Source: Camelus dromedarius (lineage: Eukaryota). From it: DNA of 64,000 nucleotides. Shown in pieces: positions 50,636 to 64,000 of this stretch. Below the pieces are notes generated by a model. It was not told where the DNA came from and searched no databases. It was given only the letters and a program-made list of their open reading frames with translations. The translations under genes and the position numbers were made by a program. Numbering within the stretch: the stretch's first letter is position 1; every line of letters begins with the position of its first letter. Location of the stretch: positions 7,750,001 to 7,814,000 of the forward strand of contig NC_087436.1 in the NCBI RefSeq assembly GCF_036321535.1, given 5' to 3'.

Positions 50636-52426
50636 CAAATGTGGGACTCAATTATATATGAAGAGTTAAAAATAAGATTTCCTTGAGTAAATAAAAGTTT
50701 TTCTTGAAAACACTGGGCCTGCTATGCAGCCTGCCTGGGTTTCTACCTGTTCCACAAACGCCCTCTGTGGCCTGAAGACTCTTCCATGGAACCTGAAGGC
50801 CTCACAGAACAGAGTTAAGAGTCCACTGATGCAAAGAATAGGCTTACTCTTGAGACACGTGAAATGAGCCGGAGAACAGTGGAATTCCGGTAAGAGAAAA
50901 AATATGAAATTCAGCTCTTGTTCTTGTTTCCTTTAAAACATATACAAGTACGTCTACCCCACTGTGCTGGCCCCGGTGGGCTGCTTTGTAATTGGGAGCT
51001 CGTGTTACTGGTGCTAGTTTGTACAGTGAACGGTACATGATGGGCTTGGTTGCAGAAACAGGAGAGACTGCTAAGTAGAAGGAAGATACCATTTCATAGA
51101 ATTCCATCCATCTCATTGGTGGTTAATATTTTCCCTATGTGTTCTAGGAAACTGGATGGATAAGATTTGCGATGCTCTCATTCTCCTAAATAATAAAGCC
51201 GTATGCATTGTTTCTATCGTTAAGAAAGTAGAAACCAAATACAGCACCAGGAGCATCTGTATTTGATCACTCTGTGTTTTAAGATGATACAAATAAATCC
51301 CCTATCTTCATTTTAGCTGCAAGGATTATTCTTCTCTTTGTAATATATACTGTATCGTTAATGATGTATATTTGCATATTTCTCTTTTAGAGAGGATGAC
51401 AAGATGGGGTTTTGATAGCAAGGAAAAAAAAACTTGAAAAGTTATTTTCTAAATCCAGTGTTGGCAAGCTTTGTACCAGTACATCAGTGAATGCTAGCTA
51501 CTAACAGAATTTGGTTTGCTGATGACACAGAAATGGGATATAACATTAGCAAAGGCACTCTGGGGCCATTCTTGGTTTTGGTAATTTTGCAGAGCTGCTG
51601 AAGGCGGTGGACTGCACATTGGTAAGATATTTCGCCATTCCATCTAGGAGTAAACTCAGTCTTTTCTGACTGCTTTAGCGCTGATATCTTCAGTTAAATT
51701 TAAGATGTTCTCAAATCAAACAAGCATCTAAACAGCAGTAAAATTTAACTATAAAAAATGAATTCCTTGACTGACATAAAGGAGCAACTGTGACATCGGA
51801 AAGGAACACATGCCTTAGATCATGGATGACTTTCACTTCAAAATGCTGACTTTTCAGTGTCAGGATAAATCCACCTGTAATGAAATATCACCAACATGAT
51901 GTTTCCATAGCTTTATTCTCTGTGTGAGATGAGTTTCCTTCCTTTTTCTTTTAATAAAATGGACTATCAAAGGACCGACTCAAGGAGAAATGTGAAGAAA
52001 GCACTTGAGTTTCATATTTTCATGGATTTTTAAAGCAGCCTTAGACTTTGATCATTTCTCATTTGATCAAAGAGTGTTTGGTACCCTTTGAAGGGAACAG
52101 CATTGTTGTAGTGTCCATCAGATTTTATTCACAACTTCATCATGAAAAAAAAAAAAGGATTTTGCTGTGAATTGAATATGTTTATATAAAACAAGCATAG
52201 CTATACATACAAGTATATAATTTTAATTTAAAATATCTGATCTGTGCTCTCGGGTAAGCAAATGTCATCCATTATAGAAAAAATTAAAATAATTGAATTT
52301 GAACTTAAGTAAATATGATAGCATTCATTCTTAATGAATATTTTAAAATAAGTCATGCTGATATTTCTTACCACATGAATGATAAATAGTGTCTCCAGAC
52401 AATGACTTTTTCACAGTATTTTTCTT

Positions 52427-52975
52427 TTTTTCTTCTTTTCCATTTTTATTTAAGTATAGTTAATTTACAATGGTGTGTCAATTTCTGGTGTACAAGATAA
52501 TGTTTCAGTCATACATATACATATATATATTCCTTTTCATATTCTTTTTCATTATAATTTACTACAAGATATTGAATATAGTTCCCTGTGCTATATAGTA
52601 TAAACTCGTTGTTTATGTATCTTATATACAGTAGTTAGTATCTGCAAACCTCAAACTCTCAATTTATCCCTTCCCACTCCCTTTTCCTCCTGGTAACCAT
52701 AAGTTTGTTTTCTATGTCTGTGAGTCTGTTTCTGTTTGGTAAATAAGGTCATTTGTGTCTTTTATTTTAGATTCCACATATAAGTGATATCATATGTTGT
52801 TTTTTTTTTTTCTCTTTCTGGCTTACTTCACTTAGAATGACAATCTCCATGTCCATCCATGTTGCTGCAAACGGCATTTTAGTCTTTTTTACGGCTGATT
52901 AATATTCCATTGTATAAATATGCCACAACTTCTTTATCCAGTTATCTCTTGATGGACATTTAGGTTGTTTCCTTT
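52427..52975 (-). mobile_element. 5'-truncated young LINE-1
   Basis: Perfect 20-bp TSD tttttcacagtatttttctt at 52407-52426 and 52976-52995; endonuclease-type site TCTT/AA. Confidence 0.95.
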
Positions 52976-53940
52976 TTTTTCACAGTATTTTTCTTAAATA
53001 ATTACTAAAGTACAGTACTACACATATTAATTTTAACAATTGACTTTTTTTTAACTTAAAACTCAAGCACTCATTTATAAATCAGTGTTAAATAAAAATT
53101 TCCTCAGGTTCTATGGCATTCCCTGGAATAAAATTAAATACATTAGAAAGCAAAAAAAAAGTTGAATATCCAAAGATATCTAAAAATATAAAATAATATG
53201 GCTACATTTTTAATAGTTTTCACCTTTGTAAGTACTCTTAAAATTTTAACTGACTTGCAATCCCAAGGGAGGCTTATATAGTTTTAGTGTTTATTTCTAA
53301 TAGTGTGATAACTGTCATGAAACGTACATATATAGGTAATGCATTTTCTTCCTTTATTGTGTCTAGGATGTATACACAATATGAAACATCTAGGTTAAAA
53401 TGTAAAACAAAGAATCTGGGAGCTTTGTTTACACAAGCTCATGAACTCTCATCATTGGAAACCAATAGATATTTGTGGCCCTATTGAAATATTCTAAGCT
53501 ACTGATTAAAAGCATTTAAGATATTAGAAGGAGCCTACTAGTCACTGGATTACCAGTGATCTATTTTAGAGATTTTTGCCTCAGTAAATGATATCCCTGG
53601 GATTATTTAGTCTCAGTGCTCAGTGTATTACAATTCTGCTTTAATGCTTTATTTCTTAGAAGGAAAAACACATTTTTAGACATCCACCTAATATTTTTTT
53701 CATTACCATGTGCTGTTAAAGACCCACAGTTGTCTTTTTTCTCCCTTTGTTTCAAAAATGTCTAATTAGACACTGATAATTCAGAATGATTTTGATACTA
53801 AATGGGAAGTGGCAATGGTGTAATCTTTCACTTTACTTACTTAATTTATTAAAAGATAGCTGAGATGTTTCTCTTTATTACTATGATTTTAACTTGATTT
53901 GTTTTACTACCTTTAATATATTTAGTGATGAAAAAATTGT

Positions 53941-54270
53941 GTTCTCTGACTTATTTCACTAAGCATAATACTCTCTAGGTCCATCCACGTTGCAAATGGC
54001 AGAATTTTATTTTTTATGGTTGAGTTATATTCCATTGTATATATACCACAGGTAAGGGGGGACAGGTGAGATAAAAATATGAAATTAAGAGATTCAAACT
54101 ACTAAGTATAAAAATAAATATCAATAAGGATATATTGTACAGCACAGAGAAATATAGCCATTATCTTGTAATAGCTTTAAATGGAGTATAATTTATAAAA
54201 ACTTTGAATTACTATGCTGTATACCTGAAACTAGAATAATATTATAAATCAACTATAATTCAATAAAAAA
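53941..54270 (+). mobile_element. LINE-1 3' fragment with 5' inversion
   Basis: 53941-54050 is antisense ORF2 end; 54051-54270 is sense 3' UTR ending in aataaaaaa. Flanked by aaaaaatt(g/a)t. Confidence 0.8.
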
Positions 54271-54499
54271 TTATTAATTTCTTCCTTCCAGCTCATTCTT
54301 TATTCACATCTAGGTATTATTTTTGTTGTGGGACAGTTTTTTAGGGTCTTCCTACCCTCACCTATTAGCACTGCAAATTCCTAACAGATTAACAGGCTGT
54401 ATATGGCCTTATTAAATCAGTAAATATGATTAAGATACCTCTCTGCCTCTTCTACTACCACAAGAGAGATAAAAACATAGATAAACAGATAAAATGTGT

Positions 54500-55700
54500 T
54501 TTAGATACAGTTTATGAAAAATCTTAGAAGCAAATAGAGATAAAGCAGTTATCAAGAACAGAGTTGTGATTAAAAAAACACAATAATAAGGGTTGGCAAA
54601 AGTCTGGAGCAATTCGAACCCTTATATATTGCATTTGAAAGGAAAAATAGCGCAAATGCTCTGGGACAGGAGTTTGAAAGTTCCTCAAAATGTGACACAT
54701 AAAGTTATCACATGACCTAGCAATTTTACTCCTAAGAGTTCACAGGGGTAATGAAAACGTATCTCCACAAATAGACTTGCACATGACGGCTCATCATAGT
54801 ATTCATTGTAGCCAAAAAGTGGGGAAAAAACCTCAAATGTTCATCAATTGATGAGTCATTAAACAAAATGTGGTCTAGTCACACGATGTTATATTATTTG
54901 GCAGTGAGAAACTGTAAAGTGTTGATACATGCTACAACGTGGATGAATTTCACAAGTATTATGCTGAATGAAAGTCACAAAGGACCACCTATTGCATGAT
55001 TCCATCGATATGAATTGTATAGAAAAGGCAGATCTAGAGACAGAAAGTAGACCAGCGCTTGTCTCAGTCTGGGGGTGGGGGGTGGCGGGTGGAGATGGGA
55101 GATCCAATGAGGAGTGAGTGCTGATGTGGATGAAACTTCCTTTTGAGGTGGTAAAGATGTTCCAGAATTAGACTATGTGGTCACATGATGTTTGTTAGTT
55201 TCCCAAGGATGTCAGGATCAACCTCCAACTCAGATTACTTTGCACATTGAGACTGATTGTGCCTCACAAAGCAGGAGGTTGTGAAAAGGTTCATTACTCA
55301 CATTATGGGACTCTCCAGGGAGAGCAAGGCTGGCGCAGGCCTGACCAGATGACAGAAACAAAGAGAGACAGTGACTTCTGCTTTTGCTACGGCTGCAGTT
55401 TGGGCCAGAGTGACAGTTCTTGCTCATGGACCGAGGTTTGTGAGGCTTGAACTTTGAACCAGGGCCAAGGGAGGGAAGATACAGGGCTGTCTTATTGCTT
55501 TGCCCAGATACAGGGCAAAAGGGGAAGGGCAAAGGGGTAAAAGTAGTATTTACAAACTTTCAGGTCAAACATTGAAAATGGAGTCTTTCTTTTTATTACA
55601 CATCACCCTGAAAATATACCAAAATCAATGGAATAGAACACTTTAAATGGGTGGATTTTACAGTACCTGTATTACATCTCGATAAAGCTATTTAAATAAA
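54500..55700 (+). mobile_element. Old LINE-1 (L1MB-like) 3' part, split by an LTR
   Basis: catgacctagcaattttactcctaag..gatacatgctacaacgtggatgaat..gagacagaaagtaga; resumes after 55600 with cactttaaatgggtg..gataaagct. Confidence 0.8.
55189..55600 (-). mobile_element. Solo LTR (412 bp), probably ERV-L class
   Basis: TG...CA termini; 5-bp TSD catga/catca (55184-55188 and 55601-55605); the host L1 is colinear across it. Confidence 0.78.
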
Positions 55701-55704
55701 AAAT

Positions 55705-56480
55705 TGGCAAACACAAAATGTTGGCTAAGATAAGAAGTTAACAAAAATATCATCTATGGCTGTTAGGAATATAAAATGATAAATATGCTTTCTAAAACGT
55801 TATGAAAGTTTCTTTTAACATCAAACATCAACTTACCATTTGAGCCAGAAATTCCACTTTTAGATATTTTAATCCAAGAGGAATAAAAGTGTATTTCTAG
55901 CCAAACAATTATATATGAGGATTTTCATAGGCCCTTTATTTATGATCAACCCTGACTTCAAACAATCCATTAACAGGGGGAATGGATTCATAAATGGTGG
56001 TAGAATGCAAGGACAGCTGCCTGCAGCAACAAGGATGACTCTTAGACAGTATGCTGGGTCAAAGAAGCAGAGCTGATTCAATTTCGATTACACTCTTGAA
56101 CTGGCAGGCTTATCCAGAGTGACAATAATCAGACAAGTGGTTGCTTCTGTTGGGAGGTTGGACCAGTTAGGGCCATGGGAAAAATTTCTAGTATGATAGG
56201 AATGTTCGACAGCTAGTTAGGGCTTTGGGTACAATACATATCTTTGTTTGTTAAATTATCCAGTCTAGATGTGTGAAATTCAATGCACATCAATTTTACC
56301 TCAAAAAAATACTATAAAATAGTAAAAATTAAGTAGAGGAGCTTTGAATTGGCATTAAGTATTGATGAATCAAGAGTACTGAGTTATTAAAGTTAGGAGA
56401 TAGGTATGTGAGGTTTCATTATACTAAGTGATTTACTTTGTCTATGTTGGAAAGTTCCCATGGCCAAATGTTTTTTGTAG
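55705..56480 (+). mobile_element. Ancient LINE-1 (L1ME-like) 3' fragments
   Basis: acttaccatttgagccagaaattccacttttagatattt..aacaatccattaacagggggaatgga. Confidence 0.6.
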
Positions 56481-57799
56481 AGTTTCAAGAGCATGGATGA
56501 TGATGGTGCCTGAGAGATTATGGCAGTATCTACCACAGAAAGGAATATGGCAGACCAGTTCTTTTTGACTAAGGATGTACAGCTCACTCTAGTGAATTAG
56601 AAGCATTATTGTTGTGATAAAAAGCTACAAAGTTGAGACACTTGATGAGGAGAGCTCATTCAGATTATATCATGAAAATATATACCTACAAATGATAAAT
56701 TCACTTGAAAAGATGTACAGAGCTCTCCCAAACTCAGGGCAGGCTACCATGGATGTCTTAATTTATGCCTTGATATATGTTTGTACATTTTTTAAGGATC
56801 TACTAAACAGGCTTTGCTGTTTCTGATTGCATTACTTGTGAAATACCTAAGATTTCAGGTTTTAATTCATAAGACTATATTTATGAACTGTTGTACATTC
56901 AAAATATCAAATATTTTACTCATGCATAAATACATAGAGTTCTACCTTTAGGCACTGGCAAAGGTGTGACTTGTGGTATCTGCTTTTGCTCAATTCTTTT
57001 TGAAACAGGTTAAGTGCATCATTCAGGATTATAGCCTAAACTTGTTGCATATTTAAGGCTTATTCTGAATTTCTGATTCCCAAGTCAATTCTACACTATT
57101 TATTTTTTTCATGTTAGAAGGTAAGAACCATATTTGAAAAGTTAGTATCATGCCTTACAGTAAGATGTAGAGATATTGCTTTAAAAAGCTTACCTACCAT
57201 AACTGCAGATACTTTTTTTTAATATTTAAGAGTTCATATATTTTCTTTAAAAATCACATAAATTTGTATTTGACTAGAGTATCAGTGGAAATACATGTTC
57301 TATAGCTTAAATCAGGCATTTTGGGCAACTACATGTATATCATTATTTTGACATTATTATTATTTTAGGTTAGTTTTGAAGGAGTAGTGGTTAAATGAGG
57401 TGTGTAAGATGAAAAGACCTCATTATTTAGACTTGGTCATAACCTTCAGTTCATCCTCAGACAATTCATCAAAAAAATCAATTCAAATTTCCATATCTTT
57501 TCATTCAAACCAGATAGGTCGGTAGAATCAAAATGTTACTAAGCCTCAAAGTCATAACACATGGAGGTCAGATAGAAGACTTGAGCCACCAAATGGTGAG
57601 AGTTAAGTCAACAATACTTGTAAAATAGGGTCTTCAAAATTCAGCATTATAAATAATCAAAAGGAAGACTATGTTTTTCAATGTAAAGAGCAAAGATGAG
57701 AGTGCTGGTAAACCTTGAGGCATACCCCAGCTGCAATATAGAAAAGAACTTGTTTTCAGAAAATATAGTGCCTTATTTGGACTTGCCTTCAGTTCTCAC

Positions 57800-58885
57800 C
57801 TTATTCTGACTTTCCACCCATCACTCTCAGAGGTCCTGCTCCACCAGCCTGACAGATGTCGATGAATATTGATAAATCAAGGTGATTTCACAGCTTTTGG
57901 AAAACTACTATTAGTTTCCTTGCCACAATGGCTGCTCCTTCTCGATTTTCTTTGGTGGTTTTACTTCATCACTTTGATGTCTCAGGATTCAGACTGCACG
58001 TGTTCTCTCATCTCTGCATTCGCACCTTTTGAGTTTCCATTCAATCTTTGGCTTTAAATGTCCTCCTTGTACCAATGACTCACAAATTGTTTGTACCTCT
58101 TCCATGAACTTCAGATGTGTGTATACCTGCCTATGTGACCCCTCTATTTTGATGTCTAGTATCTCTAACATAAGAAATGTCCCCAAAAAACATTTAAAAA
58201 ATTTTTTCTACCTCCAAGCATGCTTCTCCATGGTCTTACATACCTCAGAAAAGAGCTCCTTCACCCTTTTCTGTTACTCAGGACAAGCAACTGGGAGCCA
58301 TGCAAGGTCCATCTTTCTTCCACATCTTATATTCAATCTATCTATTCTTGATGCTCCCTTTGAAATATCCTCAGAGTCTGAAGCTTTCTTACTCATCCTC
58401 CTCTATCATCCTTACCCAGGGCACCATCACCTCTTGCTTGGATTACAATAATAGTTTCCTAATTTACCTCCTTCCCCTGAATTCTTCCTTCTGTTCCAAC
58501 AATCCATTTGTAACACAGATGCAAGAATGAAACTTAACAATTTTCAGCAAATAATGTCACCTCTGTGGTCAAATCTCTCCAATGACATCTCCTTACTTTC
58601 AAGGTAAATATCGGAGTCCTTAACGTGCCCTTCAAGTCCGAAGTGTTTGGAACTTCATGACTCGTCTGACCTCAGTTTCTATTTCCATTACTACTGTTCA
58701 CTGAATTGCAATCACAATAAATTCTTTGAAATTCTACAAGCATGACAAGCATTTCCCCCCTTTCTTTGTATTCAGACTTTACCAGATATCCTATTTTTAA
58801 TCTGTCTTTAGTTTTTTCATGGTTCTATTCAAAAACCACCTCATAACTGAAAATTTTCTCTTACATCCTGTACAAAAGTAACTCT
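57800..58885 (+). mobile_element. Ancient L2 LINE (ORF end plus 3' region)
   Basis: ggctgctccttctc..tttggctttaaatgtc..caccatcacctcttgcttggattacaataatagtttcctaa. Confidence 0.75.
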
Positions 58886-58889
58886 TCCT

Positions 58890-60270
58890 CAATATTTTCA
58901 AAATGTCAGTTCATCCCAGGTTAATCTATAGATTCAATGCAATCCCAATCAAAATCTTAGCATGTTATTTTATGGATATTGATAAACCGATTCTAAGGTT
59001 ACATGGAGAGGTAAAAGACCCAGAATGGTGAACACAATATTAAAGGAAACAAACAAAGTTGAAGAACTGATGCTACCTGAATTCAGGATTCGAGTTACAG
59101 ATACAGTAATGAAGACAGGGTGGTAATGGTGATTGAATAGACTAATATATTACTGGAACAGAATTGAGAGCCCACAAATAGACCCACATAAATACAGACA
59201 ACTGATTTTTGACAAAGGAGCAAAGGCAGTACAATAGAGCAAGATTGTCTCTTCAACAAATGGCGCTTGGGACAACTAGACATTCACATGCATAAAAAAA
59301 ACTGAATCTCAACACAGATCTTACCTCAGTCAGAAAAATTAACTCAAAATATATCATTGACCAAGATGTAAAATGAAAAACTAAAAAATTCCTAGAAGAT
59401 AACATAGGAGAAAACCTAGATGAGCTTGGGTATGTGATGCCTTTTAGGATATAACACCAAAAATACAATCTGCGATAGAAATAATTGATAAGCTGGACTT
59501 CATTAAAATTGAAAATTTCTGTTCTGTGAAAGAAAATATCAAAAGAATGAGAAGAAAAGCCACAGATCAACAGAAAATATTTTGAAAATACATCTGATAA
59601 AAATTGTTATTATATATATGTGTGTGTGTGTATTCAGACACTTAAAACAACAAGGAAACAAAGAACCCAATTAAAATGGGCCAAAGACTTTAAAGAAGAT
59701 ATAGAGTTGGCAAATAAGTATATGAAAAGAGGAGTAAGTAACGTGATACCTTATATCATTAGGAAAATGCAAATTAAAGCAATAATGAGATACCACTATA
59801 GATGTGCAGCAACAGGAATTTTCTTATATTGTTGGTGGGAATGCAAAATTGCAAAGCCACTTTGAAAGAGAGTTTAACAGTTACTTACAAAACTAAACAT
59901 ATTCTTACCATATGATCTAGCAAACATGCTACATGGTATTTATGTATCCAAAGGAGTTGAATCTCATGTCAACAGAAAATCCTGCACATGGATGTTTATA
60001 GCAGATTTATTCATAATTGCTAAAACTTGGAAGCAATCTAGACGTTCTTCAGTAGGAAAATAGATAAATAAACTGTGGTACATCTAGACAATGGAATATT
60101 ATTCAGCACTGAAAATGAGTTATCAAACCATGAAAGGATATGGAGAAAACTTAAATGCATATTGCTAAGTGAAAGACACCAGATACTCTACATACAATAT
60201 AAAACCAACTATATGACATTCTGGATTTTTAAAAGCAAGCATGGAGTCAGTGAAAAGATCAGTCATTGCC
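58890..60270 (+). mobile_element. Old LINE-1 (L1MC-like) ORF2 3' region
   Basis: tagattcaatgcaatcccaatcaaaatc, ctgatttttgacaaaggagcaaagg, cctagaagataacataggagaaaacc, ttaccatatgatctagcaa. Confidence 0.88.
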
Positions 60271-60454
60271 ATATTTCACAAGTCTATAAGGTTAACACTA
60301 TTCCTCGAAATACAGGGAATATTTTTGTTGTCTTATAGGATTATAGTAATATGATGATTCACGTTTGAGTGAAATGAAATTTTGTGAACTATTTAGGCAA
60401 TAAAGTGGCTGTGGAGAGGATACAGGTATGTATGTTTGCATTAAAAATAGAGCT

Positions 60455-61230
60455 TTTTCTAATCCCAGCTGTTTCACATAACCCCTTTGAGCCTCAGTTT
60501 TCTTATTGTCCTAAAGGAAGATAATAATATCTACAGTGTAAGGCTATTGTGAGATATATTAGTTTCCTATAGCTGTGTAATAAATCACCTCAAAGTTAGT
60601 ATTTCAAAGTAACATAAGTTCGTTATCTCAGTTTCTGTGGATCAGAATGAGCTCACTGCTCATTTCTCAGGAAAGTGAAACCAAGGAGTTGGCCAGACCT
60701 GAGACACCCCTCTGGATCTCTGATTCCTCTTGTCATTGAGGTTGTTGACAGAACCTAGCTCCTTGTGGTTGTAGGACTGAGGTGTCTCTCTTCCTGCTGG
60801 CTGTCAGATGGGGTTCACTCTCAGCTCCTACACATCACCCTCAGCTCCTGGCTGCCTAGACCCTCTAGAGACAGTTCACAAGGGTTGTTTACTTTCACAT
60901 AGCCCAGCAGTAAAATTTATGTTACTGCTTGTCTCTTTTAAGGACTCAGTTAAATAGGTCTTGCTCATCTGCATAATCTCCCTTTAGATTAACTCAAAGT
61001 CAACTGATTAGGGACCTTAATTACATCTACAAAATCCATGTAACACAATCCTGAGAGATGTCCATCATATGCATAGGTCCCATAGTCACTTAGGAGGAGG
61101 GGATTGTACAAGGGCAGGAGTCATAGATGGTTAACCATCTTAGAATTCTGCCTATCATATGAGAATTAAAGAGTTACTGTATATGAAACCCACACTGTAT
61201 GTGCTCAGTAAAGGGGCACTATTATTATGT
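60455..61230 (+). mobile_element. MIR SINE split by an MLT1 LTR
   Basis: ctttgagcctcagttttcttat..ataataatatctac..ttgtgag on the left; gagaattaaa..gtgctcagtaaa..ctattattat on the right. Confidence 0.7.
60555..61159 (-). mobile_element. MaLR solo LTR (MLT1E-like, ~605 bp)
   Basis: tatattagtttcct...ttagaattctgcctatcata, with a perfect 5-bp TSD tgaga (60550-60554 and 61160-61164). Confidence 0.88.
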
Positions 61231-63259
61231 TCTTTGTTTTTAATTTCTAAATACATAATTATATTTTGGGGAGTAGCTTGTACTTTTATTATATTTATAA
61301 TTTAGAAAAATTACTGACTACACATATCATGCAAAAGTATTCTCAGGTCTTGAATTAAAGAAGATATTGATGAGATGTGTGAAATACCTGTTCTATTTTA
61401 CCTCCATTGTAACTATTTTTTCACTTGAGCAATTTGGCTATCACATTTCCTTGGAGACTGAGAAAATTGTACTTTAAGATGTTGCAGAAGGAAACTTCCA
61501 TGGCCTTCAAGTACAAGCTACATTATTTATTATCAGATCAATGTTCTGGCAGTGTTGCTTGTAAGTAGATATACTGATTTAATCTTAAGATCAGTCAGGT
61601 GAGCTAAGATTTGCCTTGGGCTCTGGGATAAGAAATGAACCTTACTTTGCTACTACATTTGAAGTCAAGGTTGTTGAAGAAAATATTCAGATTTACAGCG
61701 ATTGTTAACAATATTACTCTGTTTCTTTGGCCAATATAACTGAACAAAAAAAAATTAAATTTATAATTGAAATTATTCTTAATGTATAAGCACTGTGAAA
61801 TTTGGCAAAGACGTTATTCTCAAGGTGAAGATAAAAATTATTAATTCAACATGCAAGCTAGGTATTAATGCTCTGTCTGTGAATAAGAAGGCCCCTAATA
61901 CATAGCTTTGCTCATAAGATGCTGGGCTTTTTTTAATAGCAGCAAATTGTGGAATGTTATTAACAACTTGTTAATGCTTCATGATAAGTAACTTCATAAA
62001 AGCACTGATAAAAGACTGTCAATCATGTTTATAAGCTAGTATTAAGACAACTCTGATATACAACATAGGAAATAAAAAAATTAGGTCATTCAGAAAGATT
62101 ACAAAGTAAACTAACCAGTTTCTGTGAGTGGTGCATCCCATTTGAACAAAGAGAACAGTGTTCTCAGTAGAGTAATGCATCTGATCAAGGGTCAATGTCA
62201 TGACCCAGCTTAATCTCCATGTTCCAACCCAACCCTGGACCCATGTTCCTCTAATCTCCATTGTTAGAGCCACGTGACTGTCATACCTAAGATAAGCCAT
62301 TTCTCAAGACATAGCACCAATTTAATGATTGATTTAAAAAAGGTCAATTATTTCCTCTCCCGATTAAGTATTATCTGAACTTCTCTACTGCTCCCATTAC
62401 TTTTAGTTTTCATTATATTCTCATCAATGAGTGCTTTCTTACCTGTAACTCACACGTTCCTTGCAAGAAGTAGAAATATTCACCAGATCCAAACACTGTA
62501 AACCAATTTGCCTTGATTTTTGTGCCTTTTTTTTACTATGTTGCACCAAATAATCTCCCACTATTCTTTGCTAAACCTAATAATTTCCAAATACTATACT
62601 TTCCGTAACCATCATTATTTCCAAATAGCATACTTCCTTCCATGATGTGCACGTAGGATAGTTGATTTTGTACCTTTAGTTTTCTAGAACTGGCATTACT
62701 TAAATTGAATATGTTCTCCTCCTAATTGAACCCCATTTCAAATAGCCTAATTCCACATTGAAATACCTTATATATTATAGTAATTAATTTATGAAGTGTC
62801 TGCAGATTTTTACATTAAAAAAAGTCTAGAAGAACACTAAAAATGTGACAGGGAGTCAGTCCTTTTTTATTATTTCAGAATTATTTCTTTGTTCATTCAA
62901 AGTGGTATAATGACACATTTTCTCCACAATTATTCATATTTACTGATTTTACCTGATGATATAAGCAAAACATGAATATTTTAAATTTTCTGAAATGATA
63001 ATTATTAGCAAGATTTTTTTATATAAGATATAAACTAAAAATTCAAACTGCTTCAAAAGATAGGACCTTTAAATTATATGATTCTCAGGTATTAATCTTT
63101 TTTCCAGCCTTTACAAAAGAAGCCAATTTGGGCAATTTTATTGAAGAATAATGCTCATATATAAACATGTATAAATCAAAACTGTGGAGTGAATATGCTT
63201 TGTAATAAGAATTTAAGATTTTTTTAACTAAACCAAACAAAAATGACTTGATATTCAGA

Positions 63260-63990
63260 AGTCCACCTTGAATTTCTTTCCATTCTCCACTCCTGCACCA
63301 AAGATAACCACAATCCAATTTACAACACCACTGATTAATTTTGTCTATTTGTGAACTTTGTACAAGTGGAATGAAACTATATACTCTTGTTTCTCGCTTC
63401 TTTTACTCAGTGTATGTTTGTGAGAGTCAATCTTGCACAGAGTTGTATTTTATTAGTATTTATTGCTGTGTGTAACATTCTGCTTTAATAATATATTTCA
63501 GTGTACTTATACTGGGATTCAGGGATATGCATTTTATTTTGTTTGTTATTAAAAAATAATTCTGCTATGAACAGCTTGCATGTATCTTTTATTGTGAGGT
63601 AGGGGGTCAAGAGTCTCCAAGTTTGTTTTTAAGGGAATATCCAATTGACTAAGAACAACTCTACTGTCATTCAATATCAACTTCACAATCAGTCAGATGA
63701 AATGTCTGCATCTGGGCTCTCTCTTCAGGGTCTTGATCTATTTTCTATCCTTGTGCAAATACTACACTATTTAATTTACATTGCTAAATAAGTCTTGTTA
63801 TAAATTTGATTAGTCTTCCAGTCATGTTCATCTTCTTTAAATTTACCTGCATTTCCATATATTAAATAATAGAATCAACTTGTTGATTTTTAAAGGAATA
63901 AACTTCTGATACTTTGGCTGAGATTGCATAGTACAGGCAAATCAATTTGGAAATAATTGCTACTTTACAATCTTAAGTTTTGCAATGAAG
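63260..63990 (-). mobile_element. Ancient LINE-1 (L1ME-like) fragments
   Basis: gattaattttgtctatttgtgaactt..ttttactcagtg..aattctgctatgaaca..atcaatttggaaataattgc. Confidence 0.6.
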
Positions 63991-64000
63991 GGGACTAGAA

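Noticed and set aside
4021..52975. Minus-strand excess among young L1s as evidence for a plus-strand host gene
   Set aside because: The older L1s are mostly on the plus strand and the numbers are small, so there is no consistent bias.
1..64000. The many 60-150 aa ORFs in the supplied track as genes
   Set aside because: Those I can recognise are fragments of L1 ORF2 or ERV Pol, or antisense frames of these. The rest are short, compositionally biased and often start at non-ATG codons. This is eukaryotic DNA, where such ORFs are expected by chance.
1..64000. CRISPR array, operon or prokaryotic defence/RT system
   Set aside because: There is no regularly spaced repeat-spacer structure and no gene-dense organisation. 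The recurring sequences are dispersed L1, SINE and LTR copies.

Overview
This is AT-rich mammalian genomic DNA, most likely camelid (alpaca, llama or camel), judged from two Vic-1-type tRNA-derived SINEs and the young L1 3' UTR type. Roughly half of the window is recognisable transposable-element sequence. It includes a decayed ERV-L pol fragment, a ~5.3 kb non-autonomous gamma-like (ERV1) provirus remnant, several solo LTRs, MaLR (MLT1) LTRs, L2/MIR relics and many LINE-1 fragments of different ages, often nested and with readable target-site duplications (TSDs). I could not identify any host protein-coding gene, RNA gene, CRISPR array or prokaryotic-type system; nearly all supplied ORFs are TE remnants or chance ORFs. 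The most interesting items are retrotransposition-mechanism structures: a TSD-bounded L1 whose 5' UTR is joined directly to its 3' end, a young/old L1 chimera with target deletion, a twin-primed L1, and an L1 ORF2 C-terminal ORF that gains its ATG from the target site. There are also a few unverified exon-like or CpG-retaining unique segments. I found no convincing evidence of a new biological system. Subfamily names come from recalled consensus features, not a database search, and boundaries without TSDs are approximate.
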